From a virus, in IMG/VR virus record IMGVR_UViG_3300046096_000525, positions 4,002-68,001 of that record: DNA of 64,000 bases. One strand, 5' to 3'. Of this stretch, positions 61,201-64,000 are shown one piece after another. Numbering within the stretch: the stretch's first letter is position 1; each line of letters begins with the position of its first letter. The notes beneath the pieces were generated by a model that was not told the origin of the DNA, searched no databases, and worked only from the letters and a program-made list of their open reading frames with translations. The translations under genes and the position numbers were made by a program.

Positions 61201-64000
61201 AGAAAAACCTATGCTTGAATTCAATGTAAAGAATTCTACTGCTGCTTCTCTTCCCTCTTCTTTTTCAATTCTGTTTAACTCTTCCAAAAATTTAGGTGCA
61301 AGTTTCTCTACATCTATTTTTTGGCCTCCTGCTTGTCGTGCCTCTTCTTGCTTCTCAGCTAAGAACGCTTGATCTAATTTGTTTAGTTCAAAAGCTATTC
61401 TAGACTCTTCGTTTGCATTAGGTCTAAGTTCAAAATATGATCCATTCACTTCTATTGAAGTACTTGATGGTGAGTCTACCGGTCTTATACCAGTTTTTAG
61501 ATCCCCCAAACTATCATGTAAAGACTTTAAGGCCTTTCTTTTCAAGTTTATTGCATCTAACTCATATTTATTTTGAGCTGTATATCTAGGTAATCCTTTT
61601 TCATTCTTTACTCTAGACATAAGGCTACCTAAGTCTACAGACAATAATTTAAGGTGTGTTTTTGTAGCCTCACTTATACCTAATCTATTGTATTTATCTT
61701 CTCTTCCTTGGTAGTATTCCTCAGTAAAGCTTCTTTCTATCTTAGAATTAACTGCATCATTAACTTCTTTTGTATAAGCTTTTTCTGCATCTTCATCTTC
61801 AATTTTTGGTAAGTTGTATTCTTTTATACCTTTCTTAATAGCCTCATCAGACATAGTTGTACCAGAATACTTTTTATAAGCCTCTAGTTTTAAGTTCAAT
61901 ACATCCTCTTCAAAAGCTGTAAAATCGTATGCACTCAGGATGTAACCATCTTTGTCCATAAGTTTAGGCAAGTCAGACTCTGTAAAACCAAGCTCACGTA
62001 TTTTTGCTTGAAACTCCTTAGCTCTTTTTAAATAACTGTGTTCTGCATCAAGTGTCATATCAGCAATAACACTACCTAATATGTTTAGTAATGGATCGTG
62101 TGCGTGGGTAATTTGACCAAAAACAGCATACAACATTTGTGTATCTCTTGTAGCAACAAGTACTGCATCTTTTAATTTATCCCTTACATCTTCGTCTAAT
62201 CTATGTCTAACCATTAAACGGTCTATAATTCTATCAAGTACATCATTCTGTACATTCTTAGCGGCTCCGGTTACAGCTAAAACTTTTGTGCTTACTGCTT
62301 CAATGTCTGTTAAGATGTCTGCCAAATCTGTATCCTCTTTAGCTAAAGCTGATAACCTAGATAAAATAGGTACAATTTGTTCTGTCAAACCTTTAAGTAC
62401 TATACCTTCTTCATTTGATAAAGTTTCCCCTCTCTTTTTTGAAGTTTCGATAGCCGTTGAAACGTAGTCTGCTTGTCTTTTTGCCAAGGCTACAAGGTCT
62501 AGTATTGAGCTTTTTGTAATAGCTTTTTCTAGAGTCTCATTTAACATTTGAATACCTGCACTAGATCCTCTACCTGCTTTTCTAAGACTTTTTTCTTGTT
62601 CTAATAAAGACTTTACTAATTTCTTAACAATAGCATTTTTGGTATCTATAACTACATTACCACTAGCTTGTTGCTGATACATTCTAAAAGTCTTAGTCTT
62701 AGCTTTATCTAAGTTCAAATACTTATTCACATCCTTTGTTAACAGCAAGTCCTCCACTTTCAATGTTAATGCCTCTAAGTCTGAATAGAATGTATCGTTT
62801 GCAACCACTGAGTCAAAAAACTTTCTTAATAATTCAAAAAGTCTTCCTACTATGCTTTTTTGGGTTTCTGTTTTACCCTCTGTATTAAATCTTTCTTGTA
62901 TAGCTTTTGCTAATTCCTTACCTAATAGCTCTCTTCTAACCAAGTTCTCTACTTGTTCAGCAGACATACCTGGATTTTCTCTTGTGTATAACTCTCTGTA
63001 TGATTGAGAGAACTCTACATAAGAACTAGTTTTGTGTATATTTCTTAGTAAGTTTTCAATTTCTGCATCATCCCAAGTCTCTACAATAAAGTGTGAAGTC
63101 TCTTCTGTAAGAGAGTCTATAGAAATAAGACCGTCCTTAAAAGCTATAACTTGTTCAGCTACATCTAAAAGGGCTCTGGCCGATGGATCTACACCGTTTC
63201 TTGTGTTGTAGTTACTAACGTAGCTAGCGATAGAAGTTACTTTAACTCCCATACCGTTTAGTAAATCCAATAAGTTAAGTTTAAGAGCTTCTTCTGTAGC
63301 TGTCATAGTTTCTGAACTTACTCCAGAAGGTAGTGCCTCAGAGACTGCATTGTTGATAATCAGCTCCAAAGCATCCTCTTTACTCATAGATTTTTCTAAC
63401 TCTCTCAAAGACATAGTTCTCAACTCTTCAACAGGCATGTCTTTACCATTTACTTCTATGGTATTCTTCTTGTTGATAAGTTCAATTCTACCGTCTTTAT
63501 AGATCTTAAAGTTTTTTCTATTTAGATTGGTTTTGGCCTCCTCTTTTATAATCTGCTCATTCGCTATTTGTAACGGTGCATGGTTACCTGCTGCCTTGTG
63601 GTAAGTCAGCCCGTCTTCAATAATCTTTTCATCTGATAAAATATCGCTTTTTATCAAGTTGTTTATGAACCCTTCGTAAGTTGCTGGGTTTGTGTTAGAT
63701 GACACAGATAATAAGGTTTTGAAACCTGCATCTGTATCTATACCTATTTCTATATTTCCTCCGGAAGAGTCAGCTAAAGCCTCTTTGAAAGACTCTAATT
63801 TGGCTCCTTTATCTGATAAGAAAGAGATAGGATTTTGCTCATTTATTTTTTCTGAATAAACATTCTTAAAAATAGACAAAGCTTCTTCTAAACCTCCAAC
63901 ATGTGGTAGTCTAGCTATCTGCTTGAATAGTCTACTTTCGTTACCTTCTAGGTCAAGAACGTTTTTTATACTACCATTCTCATTATATTTAATCGTACAG
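58291..64000 (-). CDS. giant virion-associated protein (>1900 aa; N-terminus lies beyond window end), largely alpha-helical/coiled-coil with one C-terminal hydrophobic segment
   Basis: ORF track gives 1862 aa from TTG at 63879, but my minus-strand read shows the frame stays open upstream through 64000 (...CTIKYNENGSIKNVLDLEGNESRLFKQIARLPHVGGLEEALSIFKN...); the TTG start is an artefact. No polymerase/ATPase motifs found. Confidence 0.7.
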   Translation of the reverse strand, partial: CTIKYNENGSIKNVLDLEGNESRLFKQIARLPHVGGLEEALSIFKNVYSEKINEQNPISFLSDKGAKLESFKEALADSSGGNIEIGIDTDAGFKTLLSVSSNTNPATYEGFINNLIKSDILSDEKIIEDGLTYHKAAGNHAPLQIANEQIIKEEAKTNLNRKNFKIYKDGRIELINKKNTIEVNGKDMPVEELRTMSLRELEKSMSKEDALELIINNAVSEALPSGVSSETMTATEEALKLNLLDLLNGMGVKVTSIASYVSNYNTRNGVDPSARALLDVAEQVIAFKDGLISIDSLTEETSHFIVETWDDAEIENLLRNIHKTSSYVEFSQSYRELYTRENPGMSAEQVENLVRRELLGKELAKAIQERFNTEGKTETQKSIVGRLFELLRKFFDSVVANDTFYSDLEALTLKVEDLLLTKDVNKYLNLDKAKTKTFRMYQQQASGNVVIDTKNAIVKKLVKSLLEQEKSLRKAGRGSSAGIQMLNETLEKAITKSSILDLVALAKRQADYVSTAIETSKKRGETLSNEEGIVLKGLTEQIVPILSRLSALAKEDTDLADILTDIEAVSTKVLAVTGAAKNVQNDVLDRIIDRLMVRHRLDEDVRDKLKDAVLVATRDTQMLYAVFGQITHAHDPLLNILGSVIADMTLDAEHSYLKRAKEFQAKIRELGFTESDLPKLMDKDGYILSAYDFTAFEEDVLNLKLEAYKKYSGTTMSDEAIKKGIKEYNLPKIEDEDAEKAYTKEVNDAVNSKIERSFTEEYYQGREDKYNRLGISEATKTHLKLLSVDLGSLMSRVKNEKGLPRYTAQNKYELDAINLKRKALKSLHDSLGDLKTGIRPVDSPSSTSIEVNGSYFELRPNANEESRIAFELNKLDQAFLAEKQEEARQAGGQKIDVEKLAPKFLEELNRIEKEEGREAAVEFFTLNSSIGFSNDFWNNFDNSESMMTFLDSYSQRPDAEEVWSDKIKAYKEFLDNRKAILKQYQDSRNYTNTMAEEMSDQQRAKVIELSEDIDRISSELYTIFKNNVEQDSERTVIAESTPNQAYYQALEDGRITKPEAKYEFALKNMTVDNIKKARQFADALDDAVRGRRVSESHRNLILRTVGINDLSELNEDDIITAKLKYAESKLAPYYKSFAPLGLESFYNSLKNGTQDVSTLVKQLNERTDIKVSNNFSYYEMGEIKFKNPNYKEDFEGGSKQPKLDQYLNKEFVRLFNPILDSNNNPILDSNGKIQATSNQKLFALYDEYIEFQKESLRSYGELGTHNLYLAPQVSKTSLEKTNDLLKGKKGTIKEWWRDIVRFRVDEQAFGEELDGEALAKTADMRIVPKYFLKKLEEPTDVSTDLFYSSMLLAQQSQLYKARKERYSEFATLNDLALNRAYPEGKAATSTNTYKMFQSYYDHNLFGVKEKRNWRVNVPVLGQIDVTKVVNVLHGWIRNNSLALNFVVPVTSWATAEASLLIEKYVGQYVDKNSVSLAGKEFLKISYPAIKENLEIDSKSRLSMLGEHFNIFELSNRFENSMYAKAPRVLAKSMYILHTAGNFVPLSKAMLSQLYGHRVYEGGLADFKQFEKLYKRSNPSATIKDVKNQWELLADKSFYNYLITDEASVSYDYDRLAEDMNRVNDDKFKEDFRNMELGVANKLKKVVERIDGMITNEERTSMQRDVLGRFAMTHKGWLAISAANRFKRRHLNLQTGQMEEGTYYSLYNFVVENFNNGLKKGGMKAALAELKDQYVNGDEVQRENIRRILVDFNFLTLLFLLTLGLGHWADDEEDMWAAQFSAYMLERVTTETSSTQLGVFGEFYASVKEPLVGVQKLENLFKVTQAFDTDVVKSGRFSGMTNQQVYFLKNVVGAKPTFDIWNAGNLNSLRETYDYFNKDEALIPVAYLIDEDDLKPGGWAAEY

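Noticed and set aside
1481-61576. About 45 ORF-track ORFs lying antisense to, or out of frame within, larger genes. Examples: 1481-1672+, 1947-2180+, 2168-2413+, 2850-3035+, 6117-6305-, 6293-6547-, 10188-10403-, 10810-11166-, 10961-11146-, 11278-11574-, 11644-11979-, 12001-12249-, 12664-12897-, 13064-13261-, 15953-16138-, 16814-17053-, 16867-17238-, 17957-18142-, 19154-19408-, 20201-20383-, 21111-21311-, 21905-22114-, 25947-26216-, 27008-27223-, 27501-27692-, 28545-28784-, 30730-30984-, 31222-31440-, 32410-32718-, 33163-33516-, 33691-33879-, 34139-34363-, 38061-38258+, 39985-40203-, 40368-40568-, 43035-43328-, 44998-45213-, 45284-45481-, 51661-51978-, 54273-54461-, 57089-57352-, 57536-57745+, 61184-61372+, 61379-61576+.
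   Set aside because: They overlap well-supported genes on the opposite strand or in another frame. They have low-complexity or odd composition, and they break the clear strand blocks (minus 1-3924, plus 4554-58236, minus 58291-64000). Treated as shadow ORFs.
58291-64000. Giant protein as an N4-like virion RNA polymerase
   Set aside because: Found one K-x6-YG stretch superficially like motif B but no motif A or the HD of motif C in the right spacing. Treated as a structural/ejection protein instead.
1-64000. CRISPR arrays, rRNA genes, integrase/excisionase or attachment-site signatures of a prophage
   Set aside because: No direct-repeat/spacer periodicity seen. No tyrosine or serine recombinase motifs among the ORFs. 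The tRNA-like fragments might resemble attP cores, but with no integrase in the window this stays speculative and is folded into the tRNA-like finding.

Overview
AT-rich 64-kb segment that reads as part of a large virulent-type dsDNA phage genome. The host is inferred to be a Bacteroidetes (Flavobacteriia/Bacteroidia-like) from the promoters: at least 18 intergenic sites carry the Bacteroidetes sigma-A consensus TTTG(-33)-N19-20-TAnnTTTG(-7) 15-60 nt upstream of start codons. Layout: a leftward (minus) block at 1-3924 ending in a terminase-large-subunit-like ATPase (partial). A divergent promoter region at 3925-4553 holds a candidate small RNA. A long rightward (plus) block at 4554-58236 follows. 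A giant minus-strand virion-type protein of more than 1900 aa at 58291-64000 runs off the window. Recognisable plus-strand genes, in order: SF2 helicase, RecA, PhoH, an SSB-like protein with a DDDLPF tail, a GroEL/GroES-like pair, thioredoxin, T4 endonuclease V (DenV)-like glycosylase, two GT25 glycosyltransferases, a PolB-exo-like 3'-5' exonuclease, a PD-(D/E)XK nuclease, an SPFH lipoprotein, class I RNR beta/alpha, an SLT lytic transglycosylase, metallophosphoesterases, ThyA (with insertions), dNMP kinase, a HAD phosphatase, dUTPase, a DnaB-like helicase with an acidic ...DAPF tail, a NUMOD4/HNH homing endonuclease, family-A DNA polymerase, an L,D-transpeptidase and an AEP-primase-like protein. 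No integrase, CRISPR array or rRNA was seen. Most unusual is an RNA-gene island at 35505-36600 containing one canonical tRNA-Met(CAU), what reads as a circularly permuted (two-piece) tmRNA, and several tRNA-like elements with oversized insertions. Also of note are a GC-rich structured-RNA region around a low-complexity ORF (12411-13186), a cassette array of small genes each flanked by a GC hairpin and an AACTCTCACA box directly 5' of the ATG (15380-18700), and a 780-bp non-coding region (14620-15393) with a terminator, poly-C tracts and iteron-like repeats. All functional calls come from motifs read by eye; no database search was possible.
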